54,272 nucleotides of DNA from Salisapilia sapeloensis CBS 127946 (taxonomy: Eukaryota > Protista > Oomycota), in contig JAADVB010000116.1 of assembly GCA_023334545.1 (NCBI GenBank), positions 1-54,272 on the forward strand. Reading direction: 5' to 3'. Made by a program: the position numbers and the translations under genes. Of this stretch, positions 11,901 to 26,900 are shown piece by piece (position 1 is the stretch's first letter; each line of letters opens with the position of its first letter). The notes below the pieces were generated by a model that saw nothing but the letters and a program-made list of their open reading frames with translations, did not search any database and was not told the DNA's origin.

Positions 11901-14900
11901 GCTGCAGGAGATGGTCTCATGGGCATCCCTACGCCAGCGCTGGCTGCGTCTGCTGGTGCCTATAGTGCAAAAACGATTGCCTACGGTGCGTCTTTAACAC
12001 AAGGTCGTGCTGGTGTTGTCTACGAGGTGCAGAGTATCCAAACCAAGTCACTTGGTGGCGCAGACTCTTTTACACTTCAATACGGCGCAAATGAAAACGC
12101 ACTGGGTCCTTTCACAATAGCCTCGACGGTAGATGAGCTAGCAGCAGCTTTGAGAAACGAAGCTGGTGATGTTGTTGTCACAAAGGATGCGCTTATTAAC
12201 GAAGACGTTGTTTGGTTTGTGACTTTTGTCGCAATTCAAGGAGATGTAGACATGATCCGATGCAACTTGGATGCCAGCCAAGTGCTTATTGAAGAGTTTA
12301 TTCGTGGCGACGCGAATGAGTTTACCATTGCCCCGAGAAAAACTTCTGGTGATGTCGTTACGTACTCTAGTCTACCGCTCGAATTTCAAGGCAAAGATGT
12401 CTTTTACACAGAATTGTGGAGCTCTCCCGTGACGGTTGTGGATGGTACGCACGAGTGGGTTTCGGATGGTGGCAAAGCAGTGTTTAAGCCGGTTCGATAT
12501 GAAATTCAAAGGATTGAGATTGACTCGACAGCAGGATCGTTTAATGTGAAATTAGACACATCGAACGTGAGGATTGCTGGTATGGATAGCATCAGTACTG
12601 TCCATGTTGATGCTGCTCTACTTGGTCAGCCAGATACGAGTGACGAGTACGCGTCCAGTTTACTACAAGCAAGTATCGAGTCACTTGAGAATGTCGAATC
12701 GGTGCAAGTGTCTAGAACACAAGGAACAGGTGCTTCACTTCAGACAACTTGGACGTACTTGGTAACGTTCGTGAGTGACTTTTGCGATCTGCCAGAGCTT
12801 GTGCTGGACGGCGATGCTGCATTTATGAGCGAATTGACAACTGTATCTGGTCCGGAAATTACATTTACGGAAGTGCAAAAGGGAAATTGCGATGTGCAGA
12901 CGGTAATGTCATCCGCTAGTGTCGAAGCTGAGTCGCATATCATCGGCATTTCCACTTGGCTGGACGCTAGTTCAGGAACGACATCACTCTCTGGAGACTT
13001 CGAACTTGATGTGGAGGGAACTGGCGTGACGGTTACTGTTGGAGCCACTGCAGCTGATGTAAAAGCACTGCTTGAAGACGCTTTGGATGAAGAGAGTGTA
13101 CAAGTGAGTATGGAATATGCCAATTACGATGGTTCTTCCAACCTCCAGACTTGGCTAGTTACCTTTACGACTATTCTCGAGAGTGCACCAGACATTACGC
13201 TTAAAGCCAACCGACTCGTTGGAAATAATGCACAAGTCCAGATTGAAGAGGTAGAGCGAATGGATGTACCGTTTGCAGGCACATTTGTCCTTAATTTCTT
13301 AGGCGAGACGACACTTGACTTGCCATTTGATATTGAAACGTTGGAGCTGAAGACCGAGTTGGAAAAGTTGCATCAGATAAAGCAAGTGGATGTGAAGAAA
13401 GAGGAGCTTTATAATGGGAACCGATGGATTATATCCTTCACTCAGAACCTCGGTGATCTTCCGCTTTTGAAGGCGCTTCCGTATCGATATGAAGTACAAG
13501 AGGTGGAGACGATAGGAGGAACACCGACGCCTCTTGATGGACACTTTACACTGAAATTCAGAGACGAAGAGAGTGGCTCGATTGCATACGACGCTACAAG
13601 TGAACAGATGAAAGGAGTGATTGAAAGCATGTCTAGTATCGGACTGGTGGATGTGACTAGAAGTGACAAGCTCGACTATGGCAATCGGTACCAATGGCAA
13701 ATTACCTTCCGGTCGATACTGGGAGAAATTGATCTACTTGAAGCGGATGGTTCTCTACTGGAAGGAACACTGCCGTCTGTCCAGGTTACTCAGCTAGTGA
13801 GCGGTAGTGTGGAAGCTCTCACGGGAAGCTTTGTCGAGCTGGATGTGTTCAAGATGAATCCTGGTCTACCGAGCTACAGAGCTCAGTACATCCCAGAAGT
13901 TGCCAATATGGAAGAAGGGTATGCGCTTGCTGTCCAGCAGCTGAGAAAAGGAGGACTACGTGCCTTGTACTATGACAATTACTGGTTCCAGGACTCCCCG
14001 GTTCTGAACAAGATTGATCCGCAGATTAATATGAATTGGGGCACGAATGCCATTACAGAGTACGGACGTGACTATGTCAGTGTTCGATGGATGGGCAAAG
14101 TGACAGTGCCGTATGACGATGACTACGTTATCTACATTCGCTCTGTCGATGAAGTAAAAGTTTGGTTTGATCATGATCTGAAAGTAGATACTTTCAAGAC
14201 AATACCATCTACAGATGTCGGTACAAGTGCCAACTTCCACGTGCGTTTAAGTAAAGATGTTTACTACGATCTGAAGATTGAGTATCGAGAGGAAAGTGGT
14301 CCAGCGGATATGTACTTGTACTGGAGTTCATCTTACTTACCCTACCAGCTCATTCCTTCGGTGCATTTGTGGTACGGTGAGCATATTATGGACAGTCCAT
14401 TTGCAGTGCAAGTTACTCCTGGCAGCATGGATTTCCCTTATACTACAGCATACGGGGATGGACTCATTAAAGGCACGGCTGGTATTTTGTCTACATTTAT
14501 TATCCAGGCAAAGGATCAAGCTAATAACAATAAGATCGCCGGTGGAGACTTGTTTGAAGTAATCTTAACACACAAGCTCAAAGGCAACCTTCGATTGACC
14601 CCATTTGAAGAGATCGAGTATCTTGGTGACGGCCAGTACTTGGTTAAGTACCTGCCAAGTGTCAGTGGACAGTACTCGCTTTCGATCAAGACGCTCGATA
14701 ATATGGACATCTACTGTGGACTCGGTGTTGCGAACAAGTGCAGTCCGTTTACAGTGTCTGTCTCGCCTGGTCCAGTGACATCCCACACGAGTCAAGCTTA
14801 CGGTTCTTATGCAACCGGCAAGTCGAATAACGGTTTGAGAGAAGTAATAGCTGGGCAACTCGCCACTTTTGCGATTCAAGCACGAGATACGTTTGAGAAT

Positions 14901-17900
14901 AAGCATCCAGCAACGCAAGAGATTGTCACATTTGAGACAGAACTGACGTTGCAGTCGAATCCTACGATCGTGTATCGAAGCAGTGTTCAGTACACTACCG
15001 AGTCTAGTGCTGAAACGGGTGTCTATTATGTCGACTACAGTGTTCCTATTGCAGGGATGTATTCTGTTCAGACGTACCTGAACAATTCTCCAATTTTGAT
15101 GTGTCCTGAGGGTTTGGATACTTGTCATCCGCTTGGCACTCCGGCTGTACTACGTGTCATTCACGCGACACTACACGGTCCGAGCAGTACCGTCGCCAAT
15201 GGTGCAAACAACTTCGCATTATCGGAAGCCACAAGTGGTGTGCAGACGTACTTTAACGTGTACGCTCGAGATGCCTTTAGCAATCGTCGGTACGGTGATC
15301 TTAGCAGTATGGATATCACGTATAAGGATAAGAACTACGATCGAGGCTATACAGACGCCTTTGCCGTTCGCTTGGAAGGAGGGAAAGAAGTCTTTGAAAC
15401 TTCTTCTGCTATACAGACGCTTCGACTTGATGATAACAAGAACTCGGGTGTCTTTCGACTCAGCTACGGCAAATTCGTCCGGACGATTTGTCAATCTTGT
15501 GTCAAAGAAATCACTATTGATAGCATCATTACGGATGAAGATGTCATCGGCGTCTTGTCACCTAATACGAAGTTCTCCATTGGAAGTTGTATCTTTACAG
15601 CGACAAATGTTGATACATCGATCATTACAGTAAAAAGCGACCATGGATGTAGTACAGAAGCAGCCCTTGCGCTTGGCATAAAGACAGCTGATGATACAAG
15701 TCCAATGACAGCTTTGCTACATTCAATGGTGACTGATATCGGTATGCAATACGCTTTACAGGACCTCCACCCCTCCTCAAAAGTAAAGGTAACAAGGACA
15801 ACGTTTGATAGCGCCAGCGGAAAGGGCTATGAGTGGAAGATAACGTTCGTGTCCGAATTGGAAAAGTGGAGTCGAGCACCGTTGGTCGTAGAGTATCCAA
15901 AGGACCACGTGGATTCGTTGTTTGGTACGCCGCTAGAGGTTGCATTTGATGCAGCAGGTGGATTCTATCCAGTATACTACATGCTTCACTACGCTGGAGC
16001 ATACTCGATGAGTGTCACGACTGCGGATCGCAACACACATGTGCAAGGTTCGCCTTTCATGGTGCATGTGGAGGATCACATGACAAATGGGGAAAGTGCC
16101 ATTGCTGCATACGGGAATGATCAAGTCGAAGGGTTTGATCAATCTGTTCAGAATGTGACGGCAGGTGAAGATCTGACTTTTAGCGTCCAGCTGAAGGATG
16201 CACGACGGATTGAACGTCAAGTCATTCGCATAAAGGCAATTGTACTGGAGGACACGGAGGCAGTGCAAGAGATCACTGCTTCTGCTTCGTTTGTGCTCCG
16301 TTTTAGAGGTAGTCCGGATACGGCAAGCTTGAACGTTGGCGATCCGTTTACAAAAGTCAAGACAGAACTTGAAAACCTAGGCACAATATCGACTGGTGGT
16401 ATCTCGGTAAGCCCTGCCGAAGGGTCTGTACAGACGAGTATTGCTTCAGGCCAGCCATTTTACATCACGTTTACAGAAGAACGAGGTGATCTACCAGAGC
16501 TAGGTATAACATCAGCCTCTGCCACTATTCGTACGGAAGTGAGAGGAGTGACGAGTATTCGGCACGAAGTACAGGCTTTCAAGTGCACCTCCTCTGCTGA
16601 TATTGCTACTGTTGGTGACCTAAGCATCCAGTATGGATCCAACTCAATTGCAGTCGCTGCAGACACCGCACTTACATCATTGGAAGGCTCTCTTAGTACA
16701 CTGTTAGACTCCATGGTTGCTGTCACGAGTGAAGATGGAGCTCAAACCAGTGTCTGTGCAGTCGGACCACCAAGTCGTATATTCATCAAGTTCCTAAAGC
16801 CACGGGGTGATGTCCCTAATATCGTCTTTAACGTCCCAGCCAATCCATCGCTGACGGTTGTGAGCGAAGAACATGTAAAGGGTGTGTATCCAGTCTACGG
16901 GTCTTTCTCGCTACGCTACAAGGACGAGAAGACTAGTGCTCTACCGTTCGACGTCTCTTCAGTAGAAGTTGCTACAGCGCTGGAGCAGTTGTCAGCTTTT
17001 AATGATGTAAGTGTTGAAGGCGACTGGTTTGACTTGTCGACTGAAAGTGGATCAACTGGAGGAGAGACCGTTGCGCAGTGGACCATTGATTTCACGTCTT
17101 CTAGTGGCGATGTCGCGTCACTTGAAGTCGATGAAGCCAATCTTCTGTGGCCTGATGATGGACAACTACCGCCGTACGTGGAAGTGATTGAAGAAGTTAA
17201 AGGAGCTTTTGGAAACAATCGTTCTGTTACAGATGTGAATGAAGCTGGCATTTATGTCTCTTTATCGACCACGTATGAAGATCCTGGCATGCAGGAGGTT
17301 CAAGTGTTTGCTTGTCGTGGTGAATCGAGCTTCACATTATCTTTTGACACAAGTGGAAACTCTGTTGTTATGTCACCTCTGTATGATCTACTCGAGTTTG
17401 AAGCAAAGCTGCAGGAGATTATCACCGACGGCGTATCGGTGTATAATCATAGAACGAAGGAAGCGGCACAAGATGCTTCCTTTACGACTGTCTGTTCTAT
17501 CGATAATCCTCTACCTATTGAAATTCGCTTTGAAAACGCACTCGATGTGCCTTTGATCGAATGGACAGGTGAAGGGGATGATATTACAATTGTAGAGAAG
17601 ACGAAAGGCAGACCAAAGAGCAGTCGAGTGGTCAAGGTTGAAAATACAGAAGTTCAGCAAGTCGAATGCCAAGTGGATACCAATACGCCAATACCGATCG
17701 AATTTAACTTCGCTGGACATGCATTTGTAGTATCGTCCCAGGCGACTGTTGCTGCTTTTGGGTCGACTTTAAATGCCTTGGAGCCGATTCAAGATGCTGG
17801 CGGTGTGACAGTGACTAGTAACCAAGGGAAAGTATGCTACAATCCGGATGATGGAGGAGCTTTAGAGCTCATTTCAATCGCTTTTAACGACATTGGTGAT

Positions 17901-20900
17901 CAGCTTCCGCTTACTACCTCCAGAGTTCGTGATGGAATCACCTCCTTTAAGATTGTTGAGACGGTAAAAGGTGTGAGTAGTATCACTTACCAGGGCTCCC
18001 AAAAGGGTCTATTCGACGTCGTCTTATCTCCCGAAGCCAAAGGGGAATATGAACTTCAAGTTCAAGTGCATGGAGAAGACACGTTCCATCCTCCAACGAT
18101 AAACGCCTTCCCGGCTTCTGCCGACCCTGTAGTGTCTATCCATAATGCGCCAAAGGTTGTAATCCAAGGTGTTCCATCTAGCTTTGCCATCCAAGCGATC
18201 GACGCGTTTGGCAATTTGTTAGAGTCAACTACAGAGTTGGGTGATGAAGGCTTTGTGTCTCGATTAGCTGATGCAGCAGGGACAGTGTATGACATACAAG
18301 TCTATGAAGATCATCCAAACTCCAATGGACTATTCCACTATGCCTTTACACCACAGCTTGCTGGAAAGTATGTTCTTGACATACTTCGTAGACGACGTGG
18401 TGGACTTGCAGGGTACTACTATGCTACGATGGATTTCAAAGAGCTTTTCTACGTTCGTCATGACTTGAGTGTCGATTTCAGTTGGGGTGCAAGTGCACCC
18501 GTGCTTGACAACAAGTTTCCGAATAAGTACTACAGTGTCATGTGGACGGGGGAGATTAGTGTCGATCAGAAGCAAAAGAAGCGATTTGCAATTGGGTCAG
18601 ATGAAGGTGCAATGCTGATGCTGGATGGAAAGGTTCTGATCGATACCATTACCTCGCCATCCACTACTTCCGACACGATGAAAGTATCCGAGGTAGTAGA
18701 GCTAGAGGCGGATCAGTACTATGCGATCCAAATAAAATACCGAACGAACAATGCACATTCGTTTGTTCAGCTCCAGTGGGGATCAGATGACCATTCCAAG
18801 TTGGAAACTATCCGGTCAGAGTATCTGTACTACTTGGATCATATTGCCAATTCACCTCATGAGGTCGCTTCTTATCCTGGAGAAGTCGATGCGAAACAAG
18901 TGTTAAATTCAGTCGATAAATTTAAAAGCGACTTAAACACTAGAGAAGTGACGACGAGTGCATTGGATGTATTCAAAATTGACGTGCTGGCAAGAGATGC
19001 ACATGGGAATGTAAAAGATCAAGACGGAAACACGGAATACGAAGTGAGCTTGACAGGTACAGGAGGATGGGCGTTCATCGGTCGACATAACGACATTATC
19101 TCGGATGAACCGATTGTCCTGACACCATCCTCTCTTTGCAAGACTTGTGCAATTGATTTCGATCGACCGACCAACACACTTAGTATTAACGAAAATATCT
19201 TGCAGCACCTCATCATCGGAACGAGGTTTAGAGTCATCAACGCCAACATAGGTACTGACGCACGACGAAAGGACTGTGTCTTTATAGTACACTCTACTCT
19301 TCCTTATGACGTCAATAATGGAGAAGGAAAAGTACAAGTGGAGCCTCTACATTCTTGCGAGACGTTTGCTAGCGAAAGCTACGCAATCTCGAGTGTTGTT
19401 CCAGAAGACTGGGAGTATCTGGGCGTATGCTCTGTCCTTGAGGGAATCAATCAACTCACAAGGTGCAGCACGGACTTTACTACGATACCGTTATCCAGAC
19501 CTTTGGAAAGAGGTGATCAACTTGTTGTCGGCGTTGAGCATCACCAAGTGCGCAAAACGACGGGTGTGTTTGATGCCGAAAATGTACCTCTAGCCTCTGC
19601 CTATCTAGGATACTCGAACGAAGCTGTTGCAGTGTATCGAAGTGGAATGGACACTGGGAAGCATCTTATCCAGTTCATTCCTCAAGTGCGTGGCACATAT
19701 CAGCTAGATGTTAAGTTACCGCAAGTGCCTGGCATTGTACTGGTCAAGTCGCAAGCTGATTCTTTACTCAGTGGAACCTTCCAACTTCAGATTAACGGAC
19801 ACTTGACTTCTATCTTCCCATATAATATTCAAGCTACGAATATGAAGACTGTACTAGACGGTATGGATTCAGCTAAGGTCCGTATACAATCTTTTGAAGT
19901 ATCGATGGGTTGTACAGATGGGAACCCTGACAATGGTTGCAATTGGTTCATCACGTACGTTCGTGACGAAGCATACGATCATGAAATTGACTTTATGCCA
20001 GTCTATCACAACTTGTTGGAAGGTAATAACGCCAAGCTAGTTGTGCAGCATCTTACAGCAAACCGTAAAGCCGTGTCGGTGGCCAACTTCCCCAAGACGA
20101 TTAACGTGGCGCCTGCGAAACTGAATCCAAGTGTCTCGACTGCATATGGAAAGGGACTGTACTTTGCAACTTCAGGTATCGAGAGCAGCTTTTACGTTCA
20201 GCTAAAGGATACGCATGGAAATAATTTGGATAGCATTCCAATCCATTCTGTGCACGTCCACATCTTCCCTCAGTCTGGCATCTACGACATGAACTCAATC
20301 GCAGCAGTGGATATTCCAGAGTACATATCCGATGGACTATACAAGGTGCGCTACGTTCCGAAGCTTTCAGGAGATCATACGATTGCAATTACTGTCGAAA
20401 CGCTACCTGAAATCCATCGCATGACAAGTACTTTTGGATTAACTCGAGGCGGATCTTTCCAGCTGCGACTGAACGGGTATACAACAGATGCACTTCATTA
20501 CGACGCGGACGGGGAAGAAGTTGGTAAAGCGATAAGGAGTCTAGGACTGTTCCAGTCTTTACATCAAATCAAATATCCCACTGCTAACATCGAGATTTCT
20601 GTCAAACGAACAAAGGTGACGAATGGGTATGCATACGACATCACGTACGCCAATATCCCGCACAGCATTAAACTAGCACCGATACAAGCTATCAATGGAT
20701 TAGTTACTGGATCTAATATTGTCACCGATGTCATTCAAAAGCAAGTTCGGGAGCATATTAAGACAAGCACGACGATTGGGTCTCTTGTGACAAACGAGAT
20801 TCAAGTTGTTGGGGTCTATCCACCGCTAAGTGGTGTTGGACACTTTACATTGGAGTTTAACAAACAGACTACTGACCCGCTCGAGTTTAACATTGACGCG

Positions 20901-23900
20901 TCTGATTTGGAAAAAGAGCTGTGGAAACTACCAAGTATTGGAGTCGACGGGGTACGAGTTGCACAGTCGGATGCAGACATTAATGGCGTAGTCGAGTACA
21001 CGATTACATATACAAGCGTAGGTACTGGTGAGCCTCAAGTGGATTACTGGAACTCAAATCGGTACATGCGAAACCAACATGTCAATAATGAATACCTCGT
21101 CGGTAATCTACCTGATCTAATTTCGCATGCGTCTACTGGCAGTGTCAAAGTATACACGAGTGGTGCAACGTCTGATATCAATACTATACAAACGCAGGAT
21201 GGAAGCTCTGTATTCACTAGCGTCATTGCGCATGGAGATATATCTCCTGCTCATTGCACCGTCACGGATACTTCCGTCCCGTATTGGCCAGGTTCAATCG
21301 ATAGCGTAGGTCTCGAAGGGCTGCATACTGGCAAGCATCACTCCAGTTCGTCCTTTGTGATTGAAACTCGAGATGTGAACAGCAATCTACTCGACGGTAC
21401 AGGTGGAGGTGTTAGTTCTGAACCAAAGCGTGAAGTACAGTTGATCAAGTTGAGAATTGATGGAGGGGACGCCACCAGTGTGCTATCCAACGACTTTACG
21501 CTGATGTATAACGGATACAAGACCGCTCCATTAGAGGTGAAAGCTGGGTTGGAAGTTGTGGAAGCTGCGATCGAAGAGCTAGTAGAGATTGGTAGTGTCT
21601 CGGTCACAACACAAGAAGTTCGAGAGCCTGTGAAAGCTACTGTTGCTACTACGAAGACGTCGAGCATAGTCACGACCAGTACGGACCTTCAAAATGACTT
21701 TAGCGAGGGTGACTTTATCCGCATTGGCGCCGGTGGACCAGTCTTTACCGTTGTGCACATTGATCCGACGGAGATTGGGCTGTCGTCACCATACTTTGGA
21801 GCATCAGAAGTCAACCTCGACGTTTTTAGACAAAAGGATGAAGACGGAATGGTGTATATCGTTGCTTTTGACTCTGATCTTGGTGATCTACCAGCCTTGA
21901 GTATCGATGCTACCTTGTTGACAGCTAATGTTGGTACGGTCGATGCTGAAATTGTGGCGTGTGATGCGTACACGGTTCAACAAATAGTGATATCCGCAGC
22001 ATCCAGTCTCTCTGGTAAGTTTTATCTGGAGTACGGTAGTGAAACTACGATCTTGCTAGAGAGTACGGCAGTCACCGCCGAAGAAATTGCAGATGAATTG
22101 GAACTGTTCGATTCTGTACACGCTGTACGTGTGTCAGAAGTGAGTAAGAGCAGTTTAGCTGTCACATGGGACGTCACGTTTGTCTCGACAGAGCTACAGC
22201 AGACTCTTCTCTATGCTGAAGGATACTTGCTGACTGGTGAAAAGCCAAGAGCTTCTGCCACACCGATCTGTCCTTCACTTGAAAGCGGAGGCACTACGGT
22301 CTTGTCTCAAGCTGGTAGAGTCGGACCTTCCTTTATTCCTCAGCTACGTGGTGGTCAGAAAGTTGTTGGTGACGTGGCTTATGATGCAGAAGGCAAGTAT
22401 ATTGCTTCGTACGAAACACCTCGATCGGATATATACAGTCTGGACGTTCTCCATGCTGATCGTGGCGGATTGCTCGCGTCTTACTATACTAACCGCTGGT
22501 TGTTTGGCGAGCCAGCCTTCTCCCGAGTTGATAAGGAAATCAACTTTGAATGGGAGAGCTGGATCACACCATCCGCGCAGGACTATGTAAGTGTGCGTTG
22601 GCAAGGATACATCAAGTCAGCGTTTTCTGAAGACTACACATTTACACTTGTCGTGAATGATGGAGGAAGAGTTTGGATTGGAGACGAGCTTTTTATCGAT
22701 GAGTTTGAAAATACCGTTGTGGAAGAGAATGGATTGAAGGAAATGGAATTTGTCGCGGAACGACAGGCTCCGTTGACCAAGGACAGACTTACTGAAATCA
22801 CGGTAGAGTACCGAGAAGAAGTTGGGTTTGCTAAAGTACAATTGTTCTGGGAATCGTTAACGCAACCACGAGCTATCGTTCCGATAAATCGACTCTTTTC
22901 TACGTCAGAGCCAGTGGCTTTTAGTCCGTATGAAGTGAAGACGTACGGCGTTAAACCGACTCCTCCGACGGATGTGACGCTGTCTATTGTCGACTGGGAC
23001 CAACTCCGCGTTAGCTTTTACTATCCTGCAGATGACGGTGGAGCACAGATCTCCAAGTTCCTTGTGGAGTGGTATCCTACGGGTGAGTACGGTGATAGTG
23101 AAAAGCAGAAGCTCAAGATAGATAAAGGTGCCACAGGAGGGTCGTTCAAACTGTCACTTGGAGGCGATGTCACAGGTCCATTGCCTCATAACGTTCTCTA
23201 CAGCAGTTTGATAGATGCTATTAAAGCATTAGACTCGGCTGGAGAAGTGGCTGTCGTTTATAGCGACGGTGGTGCAACGCATGATTTCGAAATTGAATTC
23301 TTAACACAGCCATCCGTGGCAAACCTTGAGATCGATCAAAACAGTTTGGTTGGTGTCACGAATATGGCAATTTGTGCGAAAGGAAATGCAGCTGCAGGGT
23401 TCCCGAACAAAGTAATTACATGCGGTGCTGGCGATAGTAGAGTGTCGACGATCTCGTTGAAAGGATCCTCGGTCGATGTAAATCTCGATGTAGCTGCAGA
23501 TGGTCCCTATACTTTCGTTATCTCTGACTTGAGTCAGTCGTCAGCTACAGACCTACCGACATATCCAGGTGAAGGAGGTGCTGGTGGTGCTGGCTTTGAT
23601 GTGCGTGTGACTGCATACAATGACGATGCAGGCTATGGCATTCCTTCTACTTCTGTGAGTATGAAACCGATGGCAGTGCCTACTGTACCACAAGGTGTGG
23701 AGATCGAGACGCTGCCGAGTAAACCGTCTAGCTTACGAGTGACATGGAATCCACCAGCGGAAGATCGAGGTGCCAAAGTAAGTGGCTATCGTGTCTCTTG
23801 GATCAAGTCGACAACTTCGTCTTCCAACTTTTCTGGAGCTTTATCGGTGGAGGAAGAGTTTGTAGATGTTCCGATGAATTTCTTGCAGCATTATCCGACA

Positions 23901-26900
23901 TCTGAACGGTACAAGTATGAGATAGAGACGCTTCAACCTGGAGAGGACTACCGCATCAGTGTTCAAAGTGCGAATATCATGGGATACAGTCCAAAGATGA
24001 GCTCTACAGCTGCTTCCTCGTCCAAGCCAAGACCGATCAATGCCGTCACACTGCAGAAGATTGCGTCTTCGGAAACTGTTACGGTGAAAGAAAGCAGCAC
24101 GAGCCTCCAGCTTTCGTGGAACCCAAACTTTGACAATGTAGGAACAGATATCGATAGCTACATGCTGGAGTGGTATCAAGCCACACCGGCGAAATACGAT
24201 GAGGTGCAAATGCTTCGCATTTGTGCAGACGTACAAGTCTCCGGTACATTTAAGCTGTCGTACGAAGAAGAGATGACGGCGGATTTGCCATTCGACGTGA
24301 GTGAAGTAGAAATGAAAGCAGCACTTGAAGGCCTCACCTCCATTCGACAGGTTCACGTGGAACGAAGTGACTCTGCCGTGAAACAAGGCTTTGAATGGAT
24401 GATAACATTTACAAGTGAAAGTCCGGCGTTGCAGAGTCATAACTTGGTTGTCGACGCCGCACAACTATCATTGGAGCCTGGTCTGGAGGTTGAAGTCGGA
24501 TACCGACTCGATCCAAATCGCATCGGTGCGGAAGAAAGCACTGGCACATGTGCCTTTACATCCGGTTCCAACACTATTGACTGCACGAATGCTGGAGCGA
24601 TCTGGCCGTCGATTCGAAATGGCATCTTTATCCTAAAGAAGGATGATTCGATGATATGGCAAGTCACTAGCTTTGACGAAGCTGCAAAGACTATGACGTT
24701 GGACGCTAAGTATGTTGGTACAAGTACTACGGCAAATATCATCTATGGCTGGACAGTCGCAGGCGGTTCTTTCGCAGACTACCATTCAACCAAAGTCCTG
24801 GCTTCATCTAGCGAGCTAGAACATCCTTCAGATGGCTTGTTGAGCTATCGCATCTTTAGTTTACTACCAGGAACTGCTTATACTGCTCGTGTAAGTGCAT
24901 GCAATGCCATGGGTTGTAACGCTCCGAAAATATCTTCCACGGGTAGCATGTCTCCACTCGTGCAAAAGCCGGATATCCCACGCAACATTGAGCTGTATAC
25001 TCGGGATGGCACGTCGTTGGAACTCATTTGGACACATCCTGAAAGCAATGGAGGTGATGCTATCACGCGCTACAGTATCGAATGGGATCTAGAGCCTAGC
25101 TTTGAATCTCCTGCGTTCCGATACGAGCATAAGACAGTATCTGCCGGTGGTCAGGACTGTGTCGACACCCCATGCACGTATGTTATTGAAGGTCTAAAGC
25201 AAGGATCTCGGTACTACGTCCGCATGTTTTCATACAACAAGCAAGGCTATTCTGCTCAGTATGGGCTACCAACGCCAAAGTATGCTACCCCTCAGTCGCA
25301 GCCGGATCCACCACAAAAAGTTGATGTTTTCCCCCATATTGATGGAGATAAGCTGGATGTCAAGTTTAGCCTAGACCATGTAAATGGTGGAGCGGATGTT
25401 CAGAGTTACAAGATCGAATACGACGTACTAGAAGTGAGGTCTATCCTTTCGTCGCTTGTGGGAAAACGTCCGAGTGATGAGGAAATTGAAGCGTTGAAAA
25501 AATCTATCTTGTACTATCCGAATACGGTACAAATGGTCCGTGTTGACGCCGACTCGCTTGATCTAGAAGGACGCTTTAGGCTTAGCTTTATGGGCCACGT
25601 CACTGGCTTTATGGAGTGGGATGTCTCGAGTGAAGCTTTAAAATCTGAACTAGAGACACTGGATACGATCGGAGTCGTGGACGTCTCTCGATACGACGTC
25701 AGCAACGGACTGCTCTGGCTGATAGAGTTTAAGTCTCAACTCCAATTTAACGCAGATGGACTTGCTGGTGTCTTACCACCGCTAAAGGTTTCTGTCTTAT
25801 CGACGGATCTTGTAGCTGACTTTAGTCAGAAGAAGGTGACTTTGGTTAACACGGACTTAAAAGCAAGTAACGGTGTGATCCAGACGTGGACGATTGTTCA
25901 AGGGTTGAGAGGATTCAAGCAGCAGAAGATCACGGCACAAGCCACGAACGGTCTGCTTGGCGGATCACTAAAGCTCAACTACGATAATAAGGCGACAAGT
26001 CAAATTGCCATTGCGTCTGTCCAAGGCTCTGGCATTCGAGATGAGATCATGAAGCTTGGAAGTGGAGACGTTCAAGTCTTTAAACGCGCTTTGGACGGTT
26101 TAGAAAGTGGGTTTGAGCTGACGGTGGTATTTATGGAGAAGCTCGGTGCTAATCATTTTGTCTTGAGTTGTGACAAGTATAAGCTGACGAGTACAGACCC
26201 TACTGCTGTCATCTCTTGCAATGCAGAGACATTGGCTGATGGAGAAAGACCGAACATGAATAGCGACTACTATAATTCGATTGAAGTCAAGAAGAGTGAC
26301 CTCACCGTCGTGGATCCGAGTGAACCGAATATTGCTCTGGTTACACTGAAAGACCTCAGGTATGCGATGCATTATCACATCCGAGTATCTGCTTACAATG
26401 GTGTGGGAGGGATGTATGGGAGTACAATGTACTCGACACCCGCCAGCGTTATGACTATTGGTGCGCCTGCCGCTCCGGAAGGTGTTCAAGTGACATCCGT
26501 GTCGTCGCAACAAGTTCGAGTAGAATGGTCTAAGCCGATCAGCGCTGTGGCAAGGCGTGAGATCAATCAGTATCGAGTAGACTTGATCGCCCATGCTGGT
26601 ATTGCAGAGCAACAGACTGTGCGTATTTGGCACCAGTATGACGGTTCTTTACCTACGGATGACAGGTTTAAACTTGGTGTGAATGGCGTTTTCACAGCTG
26701 AGCTACCGTTAAATGCGAGTAGTGACGATCTCAAGCAGCAGCTTTTATACGGCGATTTGCCACTCATGATCAGTCGTCCAGACTCTATTCAATCTGTGAC
26801 GAAGAAGTCCATCTTATTCGGAGTCGAGTACACGATCACGTTTGATTCTAGACTAGGCGACTTGCCTTTATTGGAAGGTATGCGAGCTCACACGATGGAG

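Larger units (their letters stand above)
11950..22940 (+). other. Central filamin/ABP280-like Ig repeat zone (~9 repeats) of the giant protein
   Basis: Recurring motifs such as TTAYGDGLIKGTAGILSTFIIQAKDQANN..GDGQYLVKYLP..GQYSLSI, STAYGKGLYFATSGIESSFYVQLKDTHGN..GLYKVRYVP, and closing strands DSPFAV, GSPFMV, NSPHEV. Boundaries are approximate. Confidence 0.75.

Noticed and set aside
6849-19520. Five RGD tripeptides in the giant protein (e.g. 6849-6857)
   Set aside because: Several fall on the conserved GD(L/V)P motif of the repeat module, and a handful is unremarkable in 10,400 residues.
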